From NCBI GenBank assembly GCA_003251635.1, contig QKEW01000012.1:1-51332 (forward strand): a stretch of 51,332 nt of DNA. Reading direction: 5' to 3'. Within the stretch, counting starts at the first letter, position 1, and every line of letters starts with the position of its first letter. A program made the position numbers and the translations under genes. The notes below the pieces were generated by a model that did no database searches, was not told where the DNA came from, and was given only the letters and a program-made list of their open reading frames with translations. Of this stretch, positions 36,757-45,870 are shown piece by piece. The stretch comes from a bacterium (GTDB lineage Bacteria > Patescibacteriota > Minisyncoccia > Moranbacterales > GWC2-37-73).

Positions 36757-37935
36757 ATGAAGTCTTTGTTGGTTAAAATAGAAAAAACCAAGCTTCTTTG
36801 GAAAAGAAGCGGTTTTTTTGGAGGGATAAAAATTCTTTTTTCATATGGGCTAACTTTTCTTAAGGCTTTTTTTGTTTCCTCGGGTGATGTGCTTTTTATT
36901 TCTGGCGGAGTTGGAGACAGTGCCTTTTATCGTGCATATAATCCAGCCGAGGAGTTAAGAATGCATGGATTTAAAACTTCTACAACCATCTCAGATAATC
37001 CCTTTCTGCATAAGTTAGCAAATAAATTTAGCGTATTTGTTTTTCACAGAGTTTCCTATAACGGAAAAATAGAAAAAATGATAGCTGAGATAAAAAGACA
37101 GGGTAAAGAGATTATTTTTGATGCGGATGATTTAATCCATGATCCGACTTATCTTGTGCACATGGATTATTTTCAAAAAATGAATAGGACCCAGCAGGAA
37201 CAGTACAAAAATGGCATTGGCGCGGAAATTATCAATGATCCCTATGTGAAAACCTGCACAACGACAGTTTCTTATCTCGCCAATAAATTGAAGGAAAAAA
37301 ATAAAAAGGTAATAATAGTTCCAAATAAGTTTTCAGAAAAAGAATTTGAATTGACAAATAGTTTATTGCAGACACAAAAGAAAGATGATGGAAAAATAAG
37401 GATAATTTATTGCAGTGGAACTCTTTCTCATAATAAAGATTTTGCAACTATAAAAGAGGCTTTATTGAAAATATTAGACAAGTACGGTCAGACTAGGCTC
37501 GTGCTTATGGGACCGCTGGATGTTTCTGAAGATTTGTTACACAAAAAGGAGCAAATAGAAATTACCCCAAGAGCTTCTCGAAACAAATTTTTTGTTGGTT
37601 TATATGGCGCTGATATAAATCTCGCTCCTCTTGAGTTGAATAATCCATTTTGCGAATCTAAATCAGCTTTGAAGTTTACTGAAGCGGGCGCTCTAAAAAT
37701 TCCCACGGTGGCTGTAAGAAATCAGACATTTTCAGAGGCTATAGACGACGGAGAGGATGGATTTTTGGCGGACAATGCCAAAGAGTGGGTTGAGAAAATA
37801 GAAAAACTGATAAATAGCAAAGAATTAAGGGAAAAAATGGGAGAAAAAGCCAGGCAGAAAGTTGAAAAAAAATATACCAACAAAAATAGTGATAATATCG
37901 AGTATTACGAATACATTAGGAGTAGAATAAATTAA
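36757..37935 (+). CDS. GT4 (GT-B) glycosyltransferase
   Basis: FDADDL, LAPLE.NPFCESKS.LKFTEAG and DGEDGFL motifs. Confidence 0.85.
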   Translation: MKSLLVKIEKTKLLWKRSGFFGGIKILFSYGLTFLKAFFVSSGDVLFISGGVGDSAFYRAYNPAEELRMHGFKTSTTISDNPFLHKLANKFSVFVFHRVSYNGKIEKMIAEIKRQGKEIIFDADDLIHDPTYLVHMDYFQKMNRTQQEQYKNGIGAEIINDPYVKTCTTTVSYLANKLKEKNKKVIIVPNKFSEKEFELTNSLLQTQKKDDGKIRIIYCSGTLSHNKDFATIKEALLKILDKYGQTRLVLMGPLDVSEDLLHKKEQIEITPRASRNKFFVGLYGADINLAPLELNNPFCESKSALKFTEAGALKIPTVAVRNQTFSEAIDDGEDGFLADNAKEWVEKIEKLINSKELREKMGEKARQKVEKKYTNKNSDNIEYYEYIRSRIN

Positions 37936-37937
37936 AA

Positions 37938-38732
37938 ATGAGTAGTAAAAAATTATCCGTCTTAATTGTGACTTATGGGGGTGTGGTATGTTTAAAAAAA
38001 TGTACCGATTCGCTCTATGAAAAATTCAAAGACTTATTCGAATGGGAAATTGTCATAATTAATAATGACGAAAATCAAAATATTTCCAGACTTTCTTTGA
38101 ATTTTTCCAAAATAAATGTTTTGAATAATGGAAAAAATGTTGGCTTTGGAGCTGGAATGAATCTTGGGGCCAAGCAGGCAGTGGGAGAGTATCTTTTGAT
38201 TTTGAATCCAGATACTGAAATTTTAACCGATAATGTTCAGGAAGTTTTTTCCGAATTTGAAAAAAACGAAAATATCGGAGTTATTGGCGCGGGAATTTTT
38301 GAAAATAACCAACAAAAACAACCCTGGAGTGCCGGTTTTGAAATGTCTCTTTATAATCTTTTGAGAAACAATCTGGGTTGGAGCCGGAGTCGCCGGATTT
38401 GGGAAAGCGAAAGAGAAATTAAATGTGATTGGGTAGCCGGTACCGGCATGTTTGTTAAAAGAAATTTTTTCAAAAAAATTGGAGGATTTGATGAGAACTT
38501 TTTCATGTATTTTGAAGATATGGATTTTTGCAAAAGAACAAGAAATGACGGCAAGGAGGTTGTTTTTTTTCCTGATTTTCAAGTAAGTCATAGTGGTGGC
38601 AAGAGCTATAATAATAACAAGAAGCTGCAAAAAAAACATTATTACGATTCATTGGAGCTTTATTTTAAAAAAAACAGGAATTATTTTGAATACCACGCAA
38701 TAAAGATAGCCAGAAGGCTTTTTCATGGCTAA
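37938..38732 (+). CDS. GT2 glycosyltransferase
   Basis: NVGFGAGMN, LNPD and GGFDENFFMYFEDMD motifs. Confidence 0.9.
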   Translation: MSSKKLSVLIVTYGGVVCLKKCTDSLYEKFKDLFEWEIVIINNDENQNISRLSLNFSKINVLNNGKNVGFGAGMNLGAKQAVGEYLLILNPDTEILTDNVQEVFSEFEKNENIGVIGAGIFENNQQKQPWSAGFEMSLYNLLRNNLGWSRSRRIWESEREIKCDWVAGTGMFVKRNFFKKIGGFDENFFMYFEDMDFCKRTRNDGKEVVFFPDFQVSHSGGKSYNNNKKLQKKHYYDSLELYFKKNRNYFEYHAIKIARRLFHG

Positions 38733-38813
38733 TTCCTTGTTTGTTTATTCGTTTATTGGGTGTTATAATTATAAAGTTGGTTTTAATAATAATTTTAATT
38801 TTTGACAAGAAAA

Positions 38814-39680
38814 ATGAAAAAGATCAAGAAGGCTGTGATTGCGGTTGCCGGGTCTGGAACTAGATTATTGCCAGCTACAAAAGCCATGCCCAAGGAAATG
38901 CTTCCGATTGTTGATAAACCGATTATCCAGTTGGTAGTGGAAGAATTGGTGGAGGCCGGGATTGAAGATATTATTTTCGTAACTCGTTGGGATAAAAAAC
39001 CGTTGGAGGACCATTTTGACAGATCTTCTGCTCTGGAGGCTGATTTGCGAAAAAATGGAAAGGATAAATATGCCGATGAAATTGTTAGAATTTCGGAAAT
39101 GGCCAATTTTGTTTATGTTCGTCAAAAAGGCCCATATGGTAATGGAACTCCAGTTCTTTCAGCAGCCAGTTTGGTGGATGATGAACCGTTCGTTTTTGTC
39201 TATGGAGATGATCTGGTAAAATCAAAAGTTTCTTTCACTAAGCAGATGGTGGAGGATTACAATAAAAATGGCCACCCGATTTTCGCTGTACAGGAGGTTC
39301 CGCGTGAGGTTGTCAATCGTTATGGAGTGGTAAAACTTAAGGAAGGCACAGATATTTTGGAGGATGTTGTGGAAAAACCATCAATTGAAGAAGCTCCTTC
39401 TTGTCTGGCTTCTTTCGGAAGAATGATTCTGAATCAAGAAATCATCAATATTCTCAAAAAGACCCCGCTAGGAAAGGGCAATGAATTGTGGATGGTAGAT
39501 GCAATCAGAACCTATGTGAAAAATGGTGGGATAGTAAAGATTAAAGAGCCGAAGGACGGTTATTGGCTGACAACCGGAGACCCCTTGAATTATATGAAAT
39601 CAATTTTAGCCTACGCACTGGAAAGGGAAGATATTAAAGATGAAATAAAAGAGTATATCAATCAACTCTATTGTCAATAA
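38814..39680 (+). CDS. galU: UTP--glucose-1-phosphate uridylyltransferase
   Basis: KAVIAVAGSGTRLLPATKAMPKEMLPIVDKP and VEKP motifs. Confidence 0.92.
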   Translation: MKKIKKAVIAVAGSGTRLLPATKAMPKEMLPIVDKPIIQLVVEELVEAGIEDIIFVTRWDKKPLEDHFDRSSALEADLRKNGKDKYADEIVRISEMANFVYVRQKGPYGNGTPVLSAASLVDDEPFVFVYGDDLVKSKVSFTKQMVEDYNKNGHPIFAVQEVPREVVNRYGVVKLKEGTDILEDVVEKPSIEEAPSCLASFGRMILNQEIINILKKTPLGKGNELWMVDAIRTYVKNGGIVKIKEPKDGYWLTTGDPLNYMKSILAYALEREDIKDEIKEYINQLYCQ

Positions 39681-39710
39681 CTAATATTTAAGGTATAAAA
39701 ATAAAACAAA

Positions 39711-40088
39711 ATGATTCCGGAAAAATTAACTTTAGGTCAAAAAGCGGCCGATTGGATCGCTAGTATTGTGGGAAGTTGGAAATTCGTCATATTTCAATCA
39801 ATAATTCTGATTATTTGGATTATATTGAATGTAATAGCCTTTGTTCAACACTGGGATCCCTATCCGTTCATTTTGTTAAACTTAACCCTAAGCTTTCAGG
39901 CTGCCTATACTGCTCCGATAATTTTGATGAGTCAAAACCGAACCGCCGAAAAAGATCGTCGCAAAGCCAGCGCTGATCTTTATACTGATAAAAAGGCTGA
40001 ACAAGGAATCGAAGAAATTCAATTGCAGATCAAGCACCTCAGTTCTATGCTGGGAGAAATTGCCAGGAATAATAATCAAAAAAAATAG
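39711..40088 (+). CDS. DUF1003-family membrane protein
   Basis: GSWKF and WDPYPFILLNL.LS.QAAY.APIILMSQNR motifs. Confidence 0.9.
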   Translation: MIPEKLTLGQKAADWIASIVGSWKFVIFQSIILIIWIILNVIAFVQHWDPYPFILLNLTLSFQAAYTAPIILMSQNRTAEKDRRKASADLYTDKKAEQGIEEIQLQIKHLSSMLGEIARNNNQKK

Positions 40089-40154
40089 ATATTGCCCATA
40101 GGGTGAAAACTAATAAAAACAAAATAGCTAGTTATTTGATTAAAGAGAGGATGT

Positions 40155-40844
40155 ATGTACTGGATTTATTTAGTTATATTTGTTTTCTTAGTCTTTGTCC
40201 CGGAGATCATCCGGGGTAATTTGGGCGTTTTTGGAGAAGAAACAGTTGAAGAAATCGTTCTTTTGTTTTTAGGAGGAACGATTTTTATTTTTTATTTGAT
40301 AAGAGATAGTCAAATTCAGAAAATTCAAAAAGAACTGGATGAAAAAAGACGTGAAAACAATCGAATGCTCAAAGATTTAACTCAATCCTATTCTTTTATT
40401 GGCGAGATAAATCGTAAATTGGAAATTGCCAAAAATATATTTTTGGGTTTGCCGGAGTGGTCTAAAAAGGGGAGCGGTAACAAGAAAGAATCTTTTGAAT
40501 ATATCATGGCCTCCATAAAAGCCCTTACAAAATCGCAGGACCATTGCTTATTATTTGTCTTTGAAAATCATTTTGAAAAAATCTGGGAACTGAAAAGCAA
40601 TAAGGATTTTGCTTGTAACCCTTTTGAAAAAAAATTATTTGATAAGAATAGACGCTATTATGAAGATGATCAATTTATGACGGTAATCTCGCCGGAAAAT
40701 ATTGAAGGAATCGTTTCTATTATAAAAATTCGCAAAAAAACCCCTCATCAAACATTGGAAGATCCGGATATTCTGAAAGCCTTAGCGACACAGGCCTTAT
40801 TTTTGTTTGTTTTTCTCCAAAAAAACAAAAGATTGAAAAAATAA
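40155..40844 (+). CDS. Membrane protein with two N-terminal TMs, coiled coil and possible GAF-like domain
   Basis: Hydrophobic N-terminus; C-terminal ILKALATQA helix is reminiscent of GAF domain ends. Confidence 0.65.
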   Translation: MYWIYLVIFVFLVFVPEIIRGNLGVFGEETVEEIVLLFLGGTIFIFYLIRDSQIQKIQKELDEKRRENNRMLKDLTQSYSFIGEINRKLEIAKNIFLGLPEWSKKGSGNKKESFEYIMASIKALTKSQDHCLLFVFENHFEKIWELKSNKDFACNPFEKKLFDKNRRYYEDDQFMTVISPENIEGIVSIIKIRKKTPHQTLEDPDILKALATQALFLFVFLQKNKRLKK

Positions 40845-40887
40845 TTAAATATATATATAATCTAAGAGATAATTAATTGCCAACACT

Positions 40888-41322
40888 ATGAAAATTATTT
40901 TATTGCAAGATGTGAAGAAAATTGGGAAAAAGGGGGAAGTGAAAGAGGTTGCCGACGGATATGCGCGAAATTTTCTTTTAGCCAAGAATTTGGCTCAAGT
41001 GGCAACTTCTAGTGCGGTGACTAAGGTTCAAAAGGATCAGCAAAAGAGAACAGATAAAATGAACAAGGAGAAAGCCTTGTATCAAGAAATTGCCGATCAA
41101 TTGCAAGATAAAAGTTTTTTCATTAAGACTAAGTCCAGAAACGGAAAACTTTTTGGATCGGTCACATCCAAAGAGGTTTTAAAGGTTTTAAATGAAAAAG
41201 GTGTAAAAATTAATCAAAATCAAATCCAATTTGATTCAGTCAAGCAATTGGGAAAGAAAAAAGCCAAGGCTATTTTTCCCTTTGGAGTTCAATCTGATTT
41301 TTGGATTGAAATTGGGGAATAG
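40888..41322 (+). CDS. rplI: 50S ribosomal protein L9
   Basis: [27 protein letters not shown] and GKLFGSVT motifs. Confidence 0.97.
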   Translation: MKIILLQDVKKIGKKGEVKEVADGYARNFLLAKNLAQVATSSAVTKVQKDQQKRTDKMNKEKALYQEIADQLQDKSFFIKTKSRNGKLFGSVTSKEVLKVLNEKGVKINQNQIQFDSVKQLGKKKAKAIFPFGVQSDFWIEIGE

Positions 41323-41406
41323 AAAACGGGATTTTCAATGTAAATAAATTTAATATAAAAATACCGAATTTTCAAAACATTTTAGTTGGAATTTGGTGAA
41401 AAAACT

Positions 41407-43047
41407 ATGGATAACCGGAAATACATTTTTGTCATGGGAGGAGTGATGAGCGGAGTTGGCAAGGGAATTACAACTTCTTCAATCGGTGCGATCTTGAAGG
41501 CTCGTGGCTATAATGTCACCGCTCTAAAGATTGATCCCTATATCAATGTTGATGCCGGTACCATGAATCCAACTGAACATGGAGAAGTTTTTGTTCTGGA
41601 TGATGGCTATGAATGTGATCAGGATATGGGAAATTATGAACGTTTCATGGAAATCAGTCTGCCTAGTCTTAACTATATGACGACCGGCAGTGTTTATCAG
41701 TCGGTTATCAATAAGGAGCGTAATTTGAAATATAAAGGTAAATGCGTAGAAGTAGTTCCTCACATCCCCTTGGAGGTAATCGAAAGAATAAAAAAAGCCA
41801 GTGAAAAAGCCAAATCAGACATTACTTTGATTGAAATTGGCGGTACAGTCGGTGAATATCAAAACATTCTATTTTTAGAAGCTGCCAGAATGCTAAAGAT
41901 AAAAAATCCGGAAGATGTTTTGTCTGTTTTGGTTAGTTATTTGCCGATTCCGAGCAAGGTTGGGGAAATGAAAACTAAGCCAACCCAATATGCTGTCAGG
42001 ACGCTCAATGGCGCCGGAATTCAGCCGGATTTTATTATCGCTCGCAGCGAAACTTTCCTAGACCAAAAACGCAAAGAAAAACTTTCCATGTTTTGTAACA
42101 TTCCGGAAGAATATGTAATTTCCGCGCCAGATATTGATAGCGTCTATCAAGTGCCGATTAACTATGAACGAGACGATTTGAGTAAGTTGATTTTAAAAAA
42201 ACTGGGATTAAAACAGAAAAAATCCAACCTAAAGCCTTGGCAAGATTTGGTCGATAAGATTAAAAGTGTTAAGGAAAAAATTCGAATCGGAGTGGTTGGA
42301 AAATATTTTGGAACCGGCGATTTTGTTTTGAGTGATGCTTACATTAGTGTTATTGAAGCAATCAAGCATGCTGGGTTCAAGAACGATGTAAAAGTGCAAA
42401 TCGATTGGATCAATAGTGAGCTTTTTGAAAAAGAACCTCATAAAATTGAAATATTGAAAGATTGCGATGGAATTTTGGTGCCAGGCGGATTTGGTGAGCG
42501 GGGAATTGAAGGGAAAATCAAAGCCATTCAATATTGTCGCGAGAATCGGATTCCTTTTTTCGGCCTTTGTTACGGAATGCAATTGGCAGTTATCGAATAT
42601 GCGCGCAACGTCTTAGGCTTGGAAAAAGCCAACACGACCGAAATTGACAAAAAAACTCCTCACCCGGTCATCGACATCATGCCGGAACAAAAAAAGAATT
42701 TGGAGGATAGCAATTTTGGTGCCACCATGCGATTGGGAAGCTACGAAGCCGTTTTGAAAAAAGGTAGCTTGGCTCAGCGTGCTTATGGAAAAGAAAGAAT
42801 TGATGAGCGCCATCGGCATCGTTGGGAGGTTAATCCGCAATATATCAAAGATATTGAAAAAGCGGGATTGGTTTTTTCCGGCAAATCGCCCAATAAAAAA
42901 TTAATGGAAATTATCGAATTGCCAAGTGAAAAACATCCATTTTTCTTGGCAACTCAGTTTCATCCCGAATTTAAATCCGCTCCACTCAAAGCTCATCCGC
43001 TTTTTGTGGAATTCATCAAAGCGGCTAAAGGGAGGCGTAAAGAATAA
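41407..43047 (+). CDS. pyrG: CTP synthase
   Basis: GGVMSGVGKG, DPYINVDAGTM, KTKPTQ, GLCYGMQ, RHRHRWE and QFHPE motifs. Confidence 0.98.
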   Translation: MDNRKYIFVMGGVMSGVGKGITTSSIGAILKARGYNVTALKIDPYINVDAGTMNPTEHGEVFVLDDGYECDQDMGNYERFMEISLPSLNYMTTGSVYQSVINKERNLKYKGKCVEVVPHIPLEVIERIKKASEKAKSDITLIEIGGTVGEYQNILFLEAARMLKIKNPEDVLSVLVSYLPIPSKVGEMKTKPTQYAVRTLNGAGIQPDFIIARSETFLDQKRKEKLSMFCNIPEEYVISAPDIDSVYQVPINYERDDLSKLILKKLGLKQKKSNLKPWQDLVDKIKSVKEKIRIGVVGKYFGTGDFVLSDAYISVIEAIKHAGFKNDVKVQIDWINSELFEKEPHKIEILKDCDGILVPGGFGERGIEGKIKAIQYCRENRIPFFGLCYGMQLAVIEYARNVLGLEKANTTEIDKKTPHPVIDIMPEQKKNLEDSNFGATMRLGSYEAVLKKGSLAQRAYGKERIDERHRHRWEVNPQYIKDIEKAGLVFSGKSPNKKLMEIIELPSEKHPFFLATQFHPEFKSAPLKAHPLFVEFIKAAKGRRKE

Positions 43048-43069
43048 TTAAAAAAACTGCCCTGTAAAA

Positions 43070-43101
43070 CAAAAAGCGATCTATGATTTGATCGCTTTTT
43101 G
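43070..43101. terminator. Bidirectional terminator between pyrG and rpmA
   Basis: CAAAAAGCGATC / GATCGCTTTTTG repeat. Confidence 0.8.
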
Positions 43102-43125
43102 AAATAGTCTTTGTGAAGTTTGGAA

Positions 43126-43509
43126 TTATTTTTTCTTGGTAGTTTTCTTGGTGGCTACAGGTTTTGATTTGCTAGCAACTTTTTTTGTTGCAGTTTTCGT
43201 AACGGTTTTAATAGCAGAGCTTTTCTTGATGATCCCAGCAGTTATATCAACAAATCGACGCTTGACCAGTTTGCCGGTAAAATCTCGTACCATTTTTTTG
43301 GAAAACTGCACGTAACCGTCTGCCAAAGCGAAAAGAGTGTCATCACCGCCACGAGCTACATTTTTTCCAGGGTGGAATTTTGTGCCGCGTTGACGTATAA
43401 TGATATTGCCTTTCTGAACTTTTTGATTGCCGAAAATTTTTACTCCGAGACGTTTGGAGATGGAATCGCGTCCCAGTTGGGTAGATCCGCCGGCTTTACG
43501 ATGGGCCAT
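43126..43509 (-). CDS. rpmA: 50S ribosomal protein L27 with Lys/Thr/Ala-rich C-terminal extension
   Basis: [25 protein letters not shown] and DDTLFAL motifs. Confidence 0.96.
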   Translation of the reverse strand: MAHRKAGGSTQLGRDSISKRLGVKIFGNQKVQKGNIIIRQRGTKFHPGKNVARGGDDTLFALADGYVQFSKKMVRDFTGKLVKRRFVDITAGIIKKSSAIKTVTKTATKKVASKSKPVATKKTTKKK

Positions 43510-43679
43510 ATTTTTCAAATAAAAACGCCAAACTGAGAAACAGTTTTTCGTTTGTTTGCTAATTTATTTATAATTTCAAAGCCTTTAAATTTTCGGGTTA
43601 AATCGCGTCCATAACCGCAAGATAACCTTGGCTTAAGCGAAAATTCAACGACTTAGAGATTATAACAAATAATCGGTTT

Positions 43680-44111
43680 ATGTCAACCAAGTTTCGCCAA
43701 TTTTGGCAAAAAAATGAGACAAAAATTGTACTTTTGATTGGCTTTTCGTTGATTTCAGTCATATCCTTTGAATTCGGGGTACTGAAAGGCTCAAAATGGC
43801 AGTCTAAGCCCCTGGTTATTGAAAGCCTGGCTTCGGAGGCTGCGCAAGCCAAAACTGCTTCTAGTGAGCCCTCTAAGATTCCAGGAGTCAATTCGGCCAC
43901 TCCAAACTTGCCTACGGAAGTAAAAAATGTTAAAAATAACGATTCAAGGCCGAATTCGAATCAATGTCCCTATGTTGGCAGTAAAAATTCAACCAAATTT
44001 TATCTGGCCAATTGTTCTTGGGCTAAACAAATTAAATCGGAAAATTTAGTTTGTTTTCAAACCGCCGAAGAAGCCTTGGCTCAGGGCCGAACCGAAAGTA
44101 AATGTAACTAA
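43680..44111 (+). CDS. Membrane-anchored protein with C-terminal Ada metal-binding-like domain
   Basis: TM segment, Pro/Ser linker, then YVGSKNSTKFY...C...F.T.EEA.AQG. Confidence 0.7.
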   Translation: MSTKFRQFWQKNETKIVLLIGFSLISVISFEFGVLKGSKWQSKPLVIESLASEAAQAKTASSEPSKIPGVNSATPNLPTEVKNVKNNDSRPNSNQCPYVGSKNSTKFYLANCSWAKQIKSENLVCFQTAEEALAQGRTESKCN

Positions 44112-44125
44112 CTTTAAAAGCAACC

Positions 44126-44572
44126 ATGAAGAATAAATTTGTAATAGCTGCTAAGGCCATTATCAAAAAAGAAAATAAATTTTTGATTTTACATCGTAGC
44201 GAAACACATGAATATAAGCCGGGCGAAGCTGATTTTCCAGGCGGAAAATTGGAATTTGGAGAAACTATGGAAATCGGACTACTGCGCGAAATCAAGGAAG
44301 AATCCAATCTGGAAGTTAAAATTATCCGACCAGTGCGTTCCTGGAGTTTTTTGCTGGACGAATTTACTCAAATTGTCGGCATAACCTATCTGACTCACTA
44401 TCACTCCGGTCAAATTGAGCTTAGCTATGAACATAACCAGTTTAAATGGCTGACCTTGGAAGAAATTCTGGATGCTCAAGATTTTCCTGAATGGATTAGG
44501 AAAGATTTTCAAGCTATGAATAGCGGGGTTTGCCTCAACCAAAGTCCAGTGTTAGATTTAAGAAGGTATTAA
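44126..44572 (+). CDS. NUDIX hydrolase (MutT-like)
   Basis: FPGGKLEFGETMEIGLLREIKEESNL Nudix box and LSYEH. Confidence 0.88.
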   Translation: MKNKFVIAAKAIIKKENKFLILHRSETHEYKPGEADFPGGKLEFGETMEIGLLREIKEESNLEVKIIRPVRSWSFLLDEFTQIVGITYLTHYHSGQIELSYEHNQFKWLTLEEILDAQDFPEWIRKDFQAMNSGVCLNQSPVLDLRRY

Positions 44573-44590
44573 AAAATTAAAATTAGAAAA

Positions 44591-45286
44591 ATGGGAAAAG
44601 AAAAAATTTTTGTGATTTCTTTGGGCGGTTCCTTGATTGTGCCTGAAGAAGTCGATTGTGAATTTATGCGTCGATTTAAAAAATTAATTGAAAAGCAAAT
44701 CGAACAAGGAAAGAGATTTATTATTGTGACGGGCGGAGGGAAGTTGGCACGCAAATACATTGAAGCTGGGAGCAAAATTGACGATATGAACAACGATGAC
44801 AAAGATTGGCTGGGTATCCATGCAACTCGGATGAACGCTCATTTTGTTCGCACAATCTTTCGAAAACACGCCTATCCTATTATCAACAAAAACCCCTATG
44901 ACTTGGAAGGTTTTTTGAAGGCTAAAGAATCAATCTTGGTAGCTTCCGGCTATCGACCGGGCAATTCAACTGACTATATCGCTGTCTTGATTGGAAAACA
45001 GTTCGGAGCCAAAAAAGTAGTCAATCTTTCCAATATTGATTATGTTTGTGACAGCGATCCGCGCCAAAATCCCGAAGCTAAAAAAATCGAGCATATTTCT
45101 TGGAAAGATTTTCGAAAAATGATCGGGGACCATTGGGATCCGGGTGCTAATGTGCCATTTGATCCGGTAGCTTCCAAGTTGGCCGAGCAGGAAAAAATGG
45201 AAGTGGCCATCATGAATGGTCAAAAATTAGAAAATTTGGAAAAATATTTGGAAGGTAAAGAATTTCAGGGAACTACTATTAACTAA
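44591..45286 (+). CDS. pyrH: Uridylate kinase (archaeal-type)
   Basis: SLGGS, GGGKLARKY, GIHATRMNA, PGNSTDY and PFDPVA motifs. Confidence 0.92.
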   Translation: MGKEKIFVISLGGSLIVPEEVDCEFMRRFKKLIEKQIEQGKRFIIVTGGGKLARKYIEAGSKIDDMNNDDKDWLGIHATRMNAHFVRTIFRKHAYPIINKNPYDLEGFLKAKESILVASGYRPGNSTDYIAVLIGKQFGAKKVVNLSNIDYVCDSDPRQNPEAKKIEHISWKDFRKMIGDHWDPGANVPFDPVASKLAEQEKMEVAIMNGQKLENLEKYLEGKEFQGTTIN

Positions 45287-45309
45287 GTTTTGGAAAAAAT
45301 TGGACAAAG

Positions 45310-45350
45310 AAAAAACAGCGCCAAGTCGTTAACCCGAACGCTGTTTTTTT
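45310..45350. terminator. Bidirectional terminator
   Basis: AAAAAACAGCG / CGCTGTTTTTT repeat. Confidence 0.7.
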
Positions 45351-45499
45351 ACGTTGACTAGCATGAAAAAATTGCTAGCTAGCCAAATGAAGGCCAAAGC
45401 CCGGAACCAGTTGCTGAGTACATCTATTCCCAACAGCTGATGGCCAAAATAAAGAATAATTATCATGGTCAGCATTATAAAATACAGAAAAGTTTTCAT
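45329..45499 (-). CDS. Small two-TM membrane protein (56 aa; absent from the ORF track)
   Basis: Hand translation gives MKTFLYFIMLTMIIILYFGHQLLGIDVLSNWFRALAFIWLASNFFMLVNVKKQRSG. SD AAGGA/AGGA; starts 11 bp after the upstream ORF. Confidence 0.6.
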   Translation of the reverse strand: MKTFLYFIMLTMIIILYFGHQLLGIDVLSNWFRALAFIWLASNFFMLVNVKKQRSG

Positions 45500-45510
45500 C
45501 CTGCTATCCT

Positions 45511-45720
45511 TTAGCCATTTTTTATTTTTTTCAACATTTCTCCCAAAATTAAAACCAAAGTCGGAATTGCTAAAAATAAAAATATTATAGATCCTATTCC
45601 CATATGTGCACTCCCGCTAGTAGATAAAAATGGCAAAAGACCCAATGTGCCAGCCAGAATAACTAGCATAATAGGTTCTATGTTATTATACTCAAAAGTT
45701 TTATCTTCAATTTCTTTCAT
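45511..45720 (-). CDS. Small two-TM membrane protein
   Basis: 69 aa with two hydrophobic segments and a basic tail; SD GAGAGGT. Confidence 0.65.
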   Translation of the reverse strand: MKEIEDKTFEYNNIEPIMLVILAGTLGLLPFLSTSGSAHMGIGSIIFLFLAIPTLVLILGEMLKKIKNG

Positions 45721-45760
45721 AAAACCTCTCTTTCTGGCTTTTCGCCAATTAATTTATGAG

Positions 45761-45838
45761 TTGTTAAAGAAAAATGTCACCCCAAACGCAATAGAGAATT
45801 TCAAAGTTCCATATTCCGCTTGAGATAACAAATAACTT
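45761..45838 (-). promoter_or_regulatory. Structured leader: 14-bp hairpin followed by boxA-like TTCTTTAACAA
   Basis: Minus-strand TGTTATCTCAAGCG / CGTTTGGGGTGACA pairs fully with four G-U. The boxA (45761-45771) resembles E. coli rrn GCTCTTTAACAA. Confidence 0.65.
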
Positions 45839-45841
45839 GCT

Positions 45842-45870
45842 AGTATAACCTATTTTTTCTTAACTGTCAA
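45842..45870 (-). promoter_or_regulatory. Sigma70 promoter overlapping the 3' end of the nuclease gene
   Basis: TTGACA-17 bp-TATACT. Confidence 0.75.
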
